DNA of 64,000 nt from Octopus vulgaris. Lineage: Eukaryota. This document shows positions 51,583 through 64,000 of this stretch, one piece after another. The DNA is taken from assembly GCA_951406725.2 (NCBI GenBank), contig OX597823.1:27590001-27654000 (forward strand), read 5' to 3'. Position 1 is the stretch's first letter. The number at the start of each line of letters is the position of its first letter. The notes below the pieces were generated by a model. It was not told the origin of the DNA. It made no database searches and saw only the letters and a program-made list of their open reading frames with translations. A program made the position numbers and the translations under genes.

Positions 51583-53948
51583 CGTTTGTAAAAAAACATA
51601 AATCCGAAAGAAGAAGCACACTCTAAGATGAGGTCTTCGGCCAACAATTTTGGGGATCTGACGATACGCGATAAAGCTAAACCCTTTATGGACGTGAAAC
51701 CTAAGGTATTCCCATAAACCGTCCTTTCCTATTTTTAGTATATATATAAATATATCGTCTTTAAAATACATAAATCCGAAAGAAGAGGCACACTCTAAGG
51801 TGTAGAGCAGTATACATCAAAAATGGAGAAGGCCGATTTATAGGATTACCTTAGGTTTCGCATCCCTAAAGGGTTTTGTTCTATGGAGTATCGTCAGAGC
51901 CCTAAACCTGTTGGCCCTAGATCTCTTAAAAATATCTTCGTTGGAAGGCGTGGATATATTGTTAGTGGAGTAGCCGAGGTCACATAGTTCCAAATTTATG
52001 AAAGATACGTTGTTTCTGTAAATATGTATAAGCGCAGCCTACTGATCAGCTATTTAACATATTTTTAAGAGGTCTTGGGTCTACAGGTTTTGGGATGAGC
52101 CTTTTATAGACGGGAAACCTAAGGTAATCCCATAAACTGGCCATCCCCATTTTTAATATGTATATGTGTGTGTAAAAAAAAATAAAATCCACAAATACAC
52201 ACACACATACATGCATACATACATATGTACGTATGTATTATATATATATTGATATACAAAATCGAACGCGCACACACAAGTCATGCGTGCCGTCAGCTCG
52301 TGGGTCGGCCGCGACCCTTTGGCCTAAGAGAAGCCTAATGGCCGCAGCCGACCCACGAGCTGACGATACGCATGCCTTGTGTATGTGTTTTCGATTGTGC
52401 TTATAAGCCTCGAGCTGCTTCTAATTCATATTTGAATGTGTGTGTGTACGTGTGTTCTCCCCCATCACTTGGCAACTGGTGTTATCGTGTTTATATCCCC
52501 GTAACTCAACGGTTCGGTAAATGGAACCGACAGAATAAGATCTAAAAAATACAAGTAAGTACTGAAGGTCGATTTGTGCGAGTAAATTCTGAAGGCGATA
52601 CCCCAGCATGGCCGCAATCCAATGACTGAAACAAGTAAAAGAACAAAAGAATTAAACTGAAATGCGCAAACCATCCCAGCAGTTAAAAGATGCAAAGTAC
52701 GGAGGTTAATTGGAAAGTATTCAAATATAGACGTGGATTTTCATACGTTATTTTTAGTAGATTTTGCAACACGCCATCACAATCTGGGAAACTTAATCTT
52801 CACAGAAATAACTGAAGGAGAAACTATATTTTCTCATAAAAATATAGCTTCTATCGTTTCCATTGCATTATTTTCACAAAACTTAATTACCGTGATCCTA
52901 ACAAACTAAGGCTTCTGTTCCTACATTTGGGTCTCACGTATTAGATATTAGACATTTAATAATGTATGGGTGACCTTTTTCAAGAAGCGGACTCCATGAG
53001 ATATGGCTTATTGCAAGGCGGGCCGCACTACTAAAATAAATTTCCGTAAGTGCGCCATTCAGAGAATCCTACTGGCCGCTGTTTGCCCATGATTGCTGTA
53101 AGGGGTTACAAGAAATTTACTCGGAGCCATTCAACACGCCAGACACCTGTCTATACTATTTCAGAAAACCGAGGCAAACGTTATCGCCCCAGTTTTCTCT
53201 ATCACCATCGCTAATGGCCCCTTATATTATTATCAACAACAGATCCTTCTTCTATTGTGCCGCCCTTTATTTCATTTTCTGGTAACGGTTCAGTTTTATT
53301 GATTTCTCTCTTTTGTATTCAGATTTCTAATAAAATATTTTGCCTGTGTTTCAGTGAAGAAAATAATCAAGATTTTGGTCGAGTTGTTAAAATAATTGTG
53401 GAGGCGCAATGGCCCAGTGGCTAGGGCAGCGGACACTAGCGATCGGAGGATCGCGGTTTCGATTCCTAGACCGGGCTTTGTGTGTGTTTATTGAGCGAAA
53501 GCACCTAAAACCTCTACGAAGCTCCAGCAGGGTGTGGTGGTGACCCCTGTTGTATTTTTTCGCCACAACTTGCTCTCACTATCTCTTCCTGTTTCTTGAG
53601 TAACGCTGCGATGGACTGGTGTCCCGTCCAGCTGGGGGAGGGGCATACGCCACAGAAACCGGCAAACCTGGCCCATGAGCCTGGCTAGGCTTGAAAAAGG
53701 CGACGTTTATCGTTTAAAATAATTAACTTTTGCAATGTTCAGGTTTGTCGTTGCTGTTTAACCCAAGGTCATATCTAATCCAGTAGTCCCACGATGAAAG
53801 ATGCTCTGATTTTTTTTGATTTTTTTATATTTTTATTTCATTTAATTTTATTTTTATACATCAAGTCTATTAATCTGGAATTGGAAATAGAAGTTGACAA
53901 GAGATCCTCATACAAAAACATTAAGAAATGTTTGATTTTAAATATAAA

Positions 53949-54332
53949 CTAGCAGTATCGCCCGGCGTTGCTCGTGTTTGTAAGGGAAATAACTATATAA
54001 GCATTTTTAGAGAGTTATAGCCAAAAAATAGCAAAAAAATGCATTAAAAATGGGAAAAAAATTATGGTAAATTTTTTTTAAATCGTTGACTCATCGTAGA
54101 CATTTTTAGAGAGTTACTTCCTTTATATAATAGCGAAAAATGCATTAAAATGGAAAAAAATGATGGTAATTTTTTTTTAAATCATAGACGCGCGCTAATA
54201 CCCAGAAGGGCTCGATATGAATCATGACTACAAGATGCCCGGTTTTGGTTAAACTGCACCGCAAAATGTGGGAGTAGTTAGGAATCTAAATCGTAGGAGA
54301 CAGACACACAACCTTACTTTTATATATAAAGA
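53949..54332 (-). mobile_element. Non-autonomous Helitron
   Basis: The minus strand starts TCTTTATATATAAAA and ends ..cgagcaacgccgggcgatactgCTAG. Confidence 0.7.
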
Positions 54333-54629
54333 TCTTTTAAAACGCGATGCTGAGTATCGAAGTTTCAAAAGCATTTATTTGAAAGTTGTTAAAATTAGAA
54401 ACCACGTCGATAAAAAAAAAATTTTAATATGCAAGATAAAAGAAATTTGAAATAACCTACATATTGGCGACCTAGTTTAAGAAAACCGGTTGATAAGGTT
54501 ATAGATTAGAAAACTGAAGTGTAGAAAATATCAAAATACAAGGATGGTACTTAATGTATCGTCAGATATTTATTTAAGGTATAAGATACATTTACAGCTT
54601 AATCCCCAAATATCTTAATCTCTTGGAAA

Positions 54630-54694
54630 AACATACATACATACATACATACATACATACATACATACATACATACATACATACATACATACAT

Positions 54695-54743
<49 letters not shown>

Positions 54744-54846
54744 TACATACATACATACATGCATGCATGCATACATACATACATACATACATACATACAT
54801 ACATACATACATACATACATACATACATACATACATACATACATAC
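54630..54846. repeat. (ACAT)n/(AC)n microsatellite
   Basis: Directly visible. Confidence 0.95.
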
Positions 54847-55086
54847 AAAAATGAAAGTACAAGAAATAATTCGGAGTGGTATGTGTATGAACAGATAAGC
54901 TTATACAAATATATCAAACACTATACAGCATAAATTGTTGAGTTACTAAAATAATTACCGCTTCTAGAGGATGTGTTACATGCCAAATGGCAAATGAGAA
55001 CAACTTTATTTGAGAAGGGGGAAATAATGTCAAGAATCAAGTGACATGCTACTAAGAAAAATGACAGGCTTATTTATTGTTTGGAG

Positions 55087-55494
55087 GGATCTTTTCGGTT
55101 TGAACGGCAGTTTTTTCTAGCGGTGTCATATGAAATTGTTACCCATAATTATGATCCTAGTATCGATCTATTGCATTTCAATCTGTTTTAGGGTTAGGGT
55201 TGGAGGGGTATCTTTTTTTTTCTTCACAAATGTAAATAAACCCAATCTGTTTCTTAAACGAGGGACATAGTCATACGGCACAGAATGTTTTTTTACCTCA
55301 ATGGACGTCATTGATTGGTTGAAATTGCAGAAATTGAAGAAAATAACAACAAATATCTTACAAACTATAGAATTTTGTCAATAAAGCCAAGAGAAAAAGA
55401 TGTTTTATAAACACATTCTACCAGTATACGAAGTTTAGAATTTTTTAGTTACCTAGAAATTATGTAAAAACTGCCGTTCAAACCGAAAAGATCC
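55087..55494. mobile_element. MITE with GG termini, about 26 bp TIR and 8 bp TSD (Merlin-like)
   Basis: TIR GGATCTTTTCGGTTTGAACGGCAGTT. TSD gtttggag at 55079-55086 and 55495-55502. Confidence 0.85.
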
Positions 55495-55754
55495 GTTTGG
55501 AGATAAGAGGACAGTGAGGGACATGTGTTTCGATCTTAATAGGCACCATCAGTACTCTGAATTATTTCTCTTGGCTCACTTTTGATAACTCTATGTTTCG
55601 CTAGCCATAAACGTGTTCAACTCTTTTTGTATGGTTATAGGAAATTTTGTCGTAAATATTTTTCCGTAACAAAATTCGTTGCAAGAAATTTCGTTTTAAA
55701 TTACCTCCTCACGGTTTTTTTTTTTAACACTATTTGGCCCTGAATAAAAACTTG

Positions 55755-56176
55755 GGATCTTTTCGGTTTGAACGGCGGTTTTTTAAAAATAATTTCCACG
55801 TAACTAAACACTTTTACATTTCGTATACTGGTAGAATGTGATTATAAAACATCTTTTTCTCTTGGTTTTATTGGGGAAATTCTATAGTTTGTAAGATATT
55901 TGTTGTTGTTTTTTTACTTCAATTTCTGCAATTTCAACCAATCAATGACATCTATTGAGGTGAAAAACATTCGGTGCCGTATGAATATGTCCTTAGTTTA
56001 AGAAACAGATTGGGTTTATTTACATTTCTGAAGAAAAAAAGATACCCTTCCTCCCACCCCTAACCCTAACCCTAAAACAGATTGAAATGCAATAGATCGA
56101 TACTAGGATCATAATTATGGGTGACAATTTCATATGACACCGCTAGAAAAAACTGCCGTTCAAACCGAAAAGATCC
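55755..56176. mobile_element. Second copy of the same MITE, opposite orientation
   Basis: Same TIR. TSD aaaacttg at 55747-55754 and 56177-56184. Confidence 0.85.
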
Positions 56177-56568
56177 AAAACTTGTATATTTAATGCTTTT
56201 ATAAAACGTTTTATCGTTTTTTCTTTTCTTTATTAAAAGAAGTCTTGGTATAATTGTCTATATATGCATGTCCATTTCGGGACATGCTTTTGTATATGTG
56301 TTTCTCTCTTGGTTGAGATGGTCAGGTGGTCAAAACAGTTACCATGCTGATGATGTTTATTCAGAGAGGAACAGGTGTGCACGACTGTCCTCTTATCTTC
56401 AGACACACTTGTTCTTTTCCTTAATGGCATGTCAATTTTGAAGAATCCTTGAGTTTTAAGATTATCTCCCCTTCGCTGTTCTCGATTGCCATCTGGTTAT
56501 CAAACATCGTCAAGGCAGAAATAATTTTAATCAATCAAAATGTTATATTTTATAATTAATACACACGC

Positions 56569-56618
<50 letters not shown>

Positions 56619-56796
56619 ACACACATATATACATACATAATGTTTAGTAAATTGATGTGTGGGTTAGTGGCTGTGCAGTCGTTACTCCCTTCTCTCTCTC
56701 TATAGCCATATGCTGTCTAAGAGAGAGAGAAAGGGAAAGAGAAAGAGAGAGAGGGAGACAAAGAGAGCGAAGCAACCTAGCCAATAGAGTAGTAAG

Positions 56797-56974
56797 CAGT
56801 GCTGTGGAGTCGGAGTCGTGGAGTCGAGTCATGGAGTTGGAGTCGTGGAGTCAGAGTCGCGAAGTTACAGTCGGAAGCAATTAACAGGTAGCTGGAATCG
56901 GTAACATAGATGACAATCACTAATTACAGAGAGGAGTCGGAGTCGAAGTTTTTTGTTTCAACTCCACAGCCCTG
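56797..56974. mobile_element. hAT-like MITE with GGAGTC repeats
   Basis: TIRs CAGTGCTGTGGAGTCG / CAACTCCACAGCCCTG, with degenerate 8 bp flanks (gtagtaag/ataatgag). Confidence 0.6.
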
Positions 56975-57360
56975 ATAATGAGTTTGAATGAAATTCTGCA
57001 CAGGAAAGGTCTAGACATGGCAAAACAGAGTGGCAGCAACACGACTAAAAGGAAAGTAAATAATAAAAATCTTCGAGGTTTAAGTGAACTGAGAATATGG
57101 CAGGAAAGAAAACCCATCTGCTCTCCGAATAAGAAACCCTAAATAAATTCTTATATTGTATCGATGGAATATTTTCAGTCCTGGCAGGCAGTCTCCCTGG
57201 TGCTGGTGAAATGGCAAAATGTAACAAGTCCAGGCTGTAAACTGATTGGTGATATGAAGAGCACTCAGCCGTTAAAACCAAGCAAAAATCTTGATAGTCA
57301 CATATGACATTAAAAAAAACTAGTTGCTGCACTCCACCGATACTCCTAATGCCCAGTATT

Positions 57361-57570
57361 AACTAGGGACAGATGTGGGTTGTCTGGGTTTCAACACAAC
57401 TGATGAGATTGGAACTAGGGACAGATGTGGGTTGTCAGGGTTTCAACACAACTGATTAGATTGGAACTAGGGACAGATGTGGGTTGTCAGGGTTTCAACA
57501 CAACGGATGAGATTGGAACTAGGGACAAATGTGGGTTGTCTGGGTTTCAACACAACTTATTAGATTGGAA
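57361..57570. repeat. 52 bp tandem repeat, four copies
   Basis: Units start at 57361, 57413, 57465 and 57517. Confidence 0.92.
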
Positions 57571-59272
57571 GAGATACAGTTTAGAATTGTGCCGTGTTGG
57601 CGAATCAAGGCGGTTCTATTTATAGTAAGACAGCTACATGAGTTCTCAGATAAAAGTAAACCACAATACCGAAACATTCATCAACCAAAAGAAAACCTTT
57701 GGTAGGTCACCACACTCTGTAGTCAGGTGATCAATTTAAAAAAAAAACCCCAGAAAATCTTGAATGGCTTGTGGAAGCCTTGCGAGCCATATACAGAGAT
57801 GCAGCCAGAAGAGGCTCTCTTGTTTATTATAGTTATCTAGACCATAATAATAAAGGTTAGGAGCAGATATTCGTAGCAACACCTGTATTCTGAGTACCTG
57901 GTTCCCACAAGAAATTTCAAGCGTGTAAAAGAGCTTAGAATTGAGAAGATTCAAAATAAACCTAGTAATGATAAACATTCTATTTTGAGAGGATCAGACT
58001 GTCAATAAAGCACATGCACTGGTTATGTTTCATTTCAATCTATTATTAATCAATTAGATAATCGATCAATTGATTAATCAAGTCAACCAAAGTCCTTTCA
58101 TTACAGTCCGTGACCTTATCAATGATTGTGTTTCTCAAGCATTCTTTCTCATCAGCACAAACAGTAAATATACAATAAGTGCTGAAGAAAAACAGGTTCT
58201 TAAGGAACATGTAGTCTTGAGTAAGATCACAGACTGTCACGAAGGGACTTTGACAGATAAAACGATTAACCAATTGTTCAATCGATTATATACTTATTCC
58301 ACTGGTAATGAAATGAGCATTCACCATAATTGACATACTGGAAATTGTAATTGATATAAATAATTAAATTGTGTGATGCACTGCAACATTGTGAATCGTT
58401 TAATTATGTAATCCATACCCTCGAAAACGTATCTCTGCAAAATGTCATTAAAAAATATGCGGTTTTAAAGAGAATCATAAAGAAATAGACTCTAGTGAAG
58501 GGAAAAAGTGATTCGAAAATTTTGTTTAAATGGTATTAACATAATCGTTATCTTCGCCCTCAAAATCATATCTCTGCAATTTTTTAATTAAGAAATATGC
58601 ATTTTCCAGAAAGTTGTAAAAAAACTAAGCTTGGGCGGTGTTAGGATACCAAACGATAAGTATGCCAAAATTTGGAACCTCGTGGAGCTTTTAGGTGTTT
58701 TCGCTCAATAAACACTAACAAGGCCCGGTCTGGGAATCGAAACCGCGATCCTACGACCGCGAGTCCGCTGCCCTAACCACTGGGCCATTGCGCCTCTACC
58801 ACCGCTAGACTAAACTAGCGGTGACCTGCCTATGGGCAGGTCCTGTGCATGTGAAACTTTCCTATAGGAACTGGAATGTTCTGCACTCTACCCTACCACC
58901 GTTAAGCACATTACTGCAACTTCGGCTACAATGACTAGATTTAGGATGAATTCTGGAGTGGTTTCCGTTGCCTTCTCCAGAACTAATGGAATTTGAACTC
59001 GGAATAGAGAGGGCCGGAAGATTTGCAGTTAAGTATCTCTGCGCACCAAAGATTCTGCCATTCTCCCACTTGCAGGACAACGTGAAATAGTCTTTTTTTT
59101 TTTTTTTTTTTTTTTTCAAGACTACTACGGCTGCCTGGTGAAGAAACTCACGAGCTAGCAATCGTGAATGCAACACCCCTAACCACTAGGCCACGCGCCT
59201 TCACCATAGAGGGACTCCATTAACTAATATTGTAGCATTTCCACTTGATTACATTTACAAAATATATATCGT

Positions 59273-59691
59273 GGCGATCTTTCGTCTCTAGTAGACCTTT
59301 CCGTCGATTTCCGTAAAAATTTTTTTTTTCTACATATGGGCTTGCGGGAACTTTTGAAGTAATATACATACATATACACATACACCGAGTAAAAAATTTC
59401 AGTTATCTCTTTCTTTCACACATTACTCTGTCTCTTCACACACACTAACAGAAGCACTTCACTTACACAACATACTGTCTGTCTCCCACACCCCATCAAA
59501 CACACACACACACATGTACATCAATGCTTCCCATGCACGGTAACTTCAAAAGAACTTCCCTCGTCATACAATCGCTTTCTCTTAGTCTCTTTCGCTCTCA
59601 TTACTTCAAAAGTTCCCGCAAGCCCATATGTAAAAAAAAAAAAAAATTTTACGGAAATCGACGGAAAGGTCTACTAGAGACGAAAGATTGC
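59273..59691. mobile_element. MITE with about 90 bp TIRs and an 8-9 bp TSD
   Basis: ggcgatctttcgtctctagtagacc... pairs with ...ggtctactagagacgaaagattgc. The flank (a)tatatcgt is duplicated. Confidence 0.8.
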
Positions 59692-61279
59692 ATATATCGT
59701 ATTTGATGGCATATAAGATACACATCTTTACAAAAAAATGTGTAAAAACAAAAACATCAACCCTAGCCCTATATCAGAATTTGGGCCTCCCATAAATTTG
59801 AATGCTCGAAAAACTTTTTCTGAATATGTGCCGCTGAAATTCGTGTGCATTTGATATGTCTGAGGGTCTTTTATGCCATCAAATACGGTATACAGATGAA
59901 TGAATGAATTAATCAATGTATTTAGCTGTAACGCATTTGTCAACAATCAGCGTGTGAAGCAGTGTGTTCCTTAAGTCAGTAACTTCCGTCAATAGCTAAG
60001 CGAAGGGGAAGTAACTCGCAATTGTTTTACAACTTCGTTGAAAGTTAGTGAAAGTTAGGAAGTTGTTTTCTTTTGGAAGCGTTAAATAATCTGTGACGGC
60101 CAAGTTGGAGGAATTGTGCTGCAGTAGTAGTTGTATAGCAGAGTTTGATGATATCATTCCAAATTATGGCCTATATTATCTGATGGAAGAAGAAAATAAC
60201 GATAAAACGGTACATATTTCCTTATATTAACTTGTGAATTCGCAAACTTTCCCATTCACCTCTCTTTCTCGCTTTCTTTCTCTTTTTTTAAATATTTGTG
60301 GATTTTTAACCTCACTTTACTTTTGGTGAAGTATACCCATTGTTAAAGACATTTTCAGCCTTCATCACTTTAAAACAACATTATCTAATGTAAGCTAACT
60401 CTTTTAAGATGGTAGGGCGTGATTTGGTAGAGATTTAGCTGCCATTTCTAGCAGTTGGATCGATCACAGAACTCCTTTCATTTCCCCGTTGTTGTGTGTT
60501 ATGTGTTGTTTATTTTTATTGTGCATGTAAGATAGAGTTGTAAACTTTATGTCTAGCCCGTCGGAAAAAAAAAACGAAAAAAAAAAGCCAACTTTTCAGC
60601 TATCAATTAACTGATCGTGTAGGCTTATAATCCAAGACCTTCCAGCCTTGACCTACCAGGCTTTTATTCAGACCGCGAACATCTAGGATTACGTTATCCA
60701 ATATTTAGTTCGTTTTAAAGAGGGAAAGGTGTAGATTTGGTTGCTATTTCTAGCTTGTTATGTAGGATATAATGTTTGTAGACCAGGTAGATTTCATCCA
60801 ACAGATTAAAGGTTTTGCTGTCCATGGTCATCCTGTTAAAACTACATTATACTAATGTTTAGGCCTTTAGTTGTTGTCATGTATGTTATTACCATTGTTG
60901 TTATTGTTCTAGTTTTCTACTTATTGTTCTACTTTATACGTATTTGCCTGGACGAAAAGAACCACGCCTTATTACGAAACAATAAACCAGATACACATTT
61001 GTAAATACCAAACGTAAACAGACAGCCACATACATAATAACACACTCCATTTTGTTTTGTTGCCCGATTTGCGCAAGTCTTCGAAAGAAAACTTGATATA
61101 TATGTATGTATATATATATATAACAATAATAAATCTCTAAACGAGATATAAACAGTAACCGCTCGACAACGTAAGGTGTATGGCTAGCCACATTCAGATG
61201 GCGAGTACACACACATATATATATATATATCTATAAATAGTAATGCAATACGAGAGTATTGCTTTCCAGTAAAGAATAA

Positions 61280-61832
<553 letters not shown>

Positions 61833-62463
61833 GTGACTGGACAAACGAAAGAAAGGGGCACTCAACACATTTAGTGAGAGTTATGTTGTTATTTAAAACT
61901 GTCCCATTAGGTCCTTTTCGTAGGTTTCTGTAAGGAGCCTGCAAAAGGGGCTGAATCAGACTATTTTAAATAATAACAATGATAATAATAATCTTTTTTT
62001 ACTATAAGCACAAGGCCTGGATTTTGTGAAGAGGCGGACAGTCGATCATATTGACCACAATATTCAACTGGTACTTAATTTATCGACCTGGAAAGGTTGA
62101 AAGGAAAAGTCAACCTCAAAAGAATTTGAACTCAGAACGTAAAGACAGACGAAATGCCGCTAAGCATTTTGCCTGGCGTGCTAATGATTCTGCCACCTCG
62201 CTGCTTTAATAATAATGCGTGATTACACAATACCCTGCTTTTGCTTACGCGCGCAGAGTAATATTAATGGTTTCAAATTTTGCCACAAGGACAGCGCTTT
62301 TTGGGGGAGGGAGGGGACGAGTCGATTACATCGATCGCAGTCTTCAACTGCTACTTATTTTATTGACCCCAAAAAGGATGAAAGGCAAAGTCAACCTAGG
62401 CAGAATGTGAACTCATAACGTGAAGATGAACGAAATGCCGCTGAGCATTTTGCCCCGTGTGCT

Positions 62464-62933
62464 ATTGTTTTGTCTTGGTATAAAAGATGGGCTACAGCAA
62501 ATATTCTGCTCAATACCACAGATTTCCTTGTCAGTTGCTTGACCTTAACCAGTTGAGCATCTCCCTTAATGGCTGACGGTATATGCATCTCTGGTCATGA
62601 GTAGAAGTAGTGGTGGAGCATCATAGCCATGTGCTGGGGTTTGAATAATTCCCCTCTGGAAACGTGGGTGTTTCGTTCAATATCTTTAAACAATCCTTAT
62701 TCAGGGTCCTTTTGATTGGCATGGGCAACTCGACCTAAATAAAATTCTAATTGGGCCCCACCTGCAAGGTCATGCACTGTTTGTCTTGATATGAGATCAC
62801 CATGTCACGCACATATGGTTGTGATGCATGTGCCTGGTGTACCTTTATCACACGGGTAGTCATAATGGGTATATTGGGCTTCGTGTATTTGTAGCCCAGT
62901 ATCACTTTGGTGAAATGTGCTGCTCTTTCACTC
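62464..62933 (-). mobile_element. Copy of the (AAT)n-associated repeat showing the empty insertion site
   Basis: Homologous to 23554-23616 joined to 24072-24483, with a single accacagattt. Followed by (AAT)n. Confidence 0.75.
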
Positions 62934-62948
62934 AATAATAATAATAAT

Positions 62949-62996
<48 letters not shown>

Positions 62997-64000
62997 TGGT
63001 GTCAAGCAATGGTAGATACTGGTGTCACGCAAATGGCACTTGTGCCAATGGCATGTAAAAGCACCCATTACACTGTCAGAATGGTGACATCAGGAAGGGT
63101 ATCCAGCCATAGAAAGCATTCCAAATCAGACTGGAGTCTGGTGCAGCCTTCCAGCTTCCCAGCCCTGGTCAAACCATCCAATCCATGCCAGCATGGACAA
63201 TGGACATTAAATGATGATGATGATGATGATTATATATATATATATATATATATATAATGCAAACAGCTTTCCAAAAGAGCTTAAGAATTGACACATAGAA
63301 AGAGGAAAAGAAAACTGTTTTTGAGTGAATATCTACGTTTGTTAATGCTTTCATTCATTATTGTAGTCTGATAATTTCTTTTAGTTATTGGTCTGCAGCC
63401 ATTTTGGGGTTCCACTGCCCTGAGGTTAGTCAATGAAGGTGCATAGAATATCTTGATCATAGTACTGTATTTGAATTTCTACAAAAATATTTTGTCATTT
63501 CTAAAACCATGTATTGTATATGTATTGTGATGAAGGTAAAACAGAAATAATGTAATTGGTGGCATTAGGAAGGGCCGCTAGCCGTAGCAATCATTCCAAA
63601 GCAGACACAGCATGGCACTGTCTTCTGACTTGCCAATTCCTGTCAAACCATACAACTCATGCCAGCATGGAAAACAGACATAAAATGATGGTGATAGTGA
63701 TGTGTCGTGAGTTATTTGAAACATCAGTGACCTCCTGAGAAGGACTTCCCATGAAATGGTTTATGTCAGTGTTTTAGAATAACATGGAGTATTTCTGAGC
63801 TATCACTCATGTCAGTCATCAATGAAGTTATTCCAGATTCATGTTAAACAGGGTTAAATGTTGGATTATGTCATATGATCAAACAAAAAGAAAAACTAAA
63901 AACTATTAAAGAACAAAAGTATTGAATAAAGAAAATGTTTTGTGTCTTTGTTCATTTCCAAGTAATCTTTGACTTCCAATTCTAAAGGGTCGAAAAGAAA

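Noticed and set aside
57361-57570. CRISPR array or tandem hammerhead retrozyme
   Set aside because: There are no unique spacers and the context is eukaryotic. CTGATGA is not conserved among units and no stem II/GAAA/GUH arrangement is present.
58128-58160. Minus-strand CTGATGA...GAAAC hammerhead
   Set aside because: No GUH triplet with a pairing stem III or stem I.

Overview
This is AT-rich, microsatellite-dense eukaryotic DNA. The SINE and microsatellite content looks like a cephalopod (Octopus-type) genome, which is an inference. The only confidently identified gene is TMEM68 on the minus strand: three coding exons (4179-3882, 2240-2073, 513-415) with matching phases, continuing off the left edge. 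An orphan plus-strand candidate exon lies at 31005-31547. The rest is mobile DNA: a decayed Helitron, a Penelope-like GIY-YIG remnant, CR1-like and RTE-like LINE fragments, a mariner remnant, several tRNA-derived SINE families, MITEs (three with GG termini and 8-9 bp TSDs), minisatellites and fold-back palindromes. The most striking signal is at least four unrelated families of short non-coding elements carrying type I hammerhead ribozyme (HHR) motifs, usually as inverted pairs. One family is a tRNA-headed (Pol III) SINE with a minimal HHR, inserted with 11-13 bp TSDs. All ribozyme folds were read by eye and are untested.
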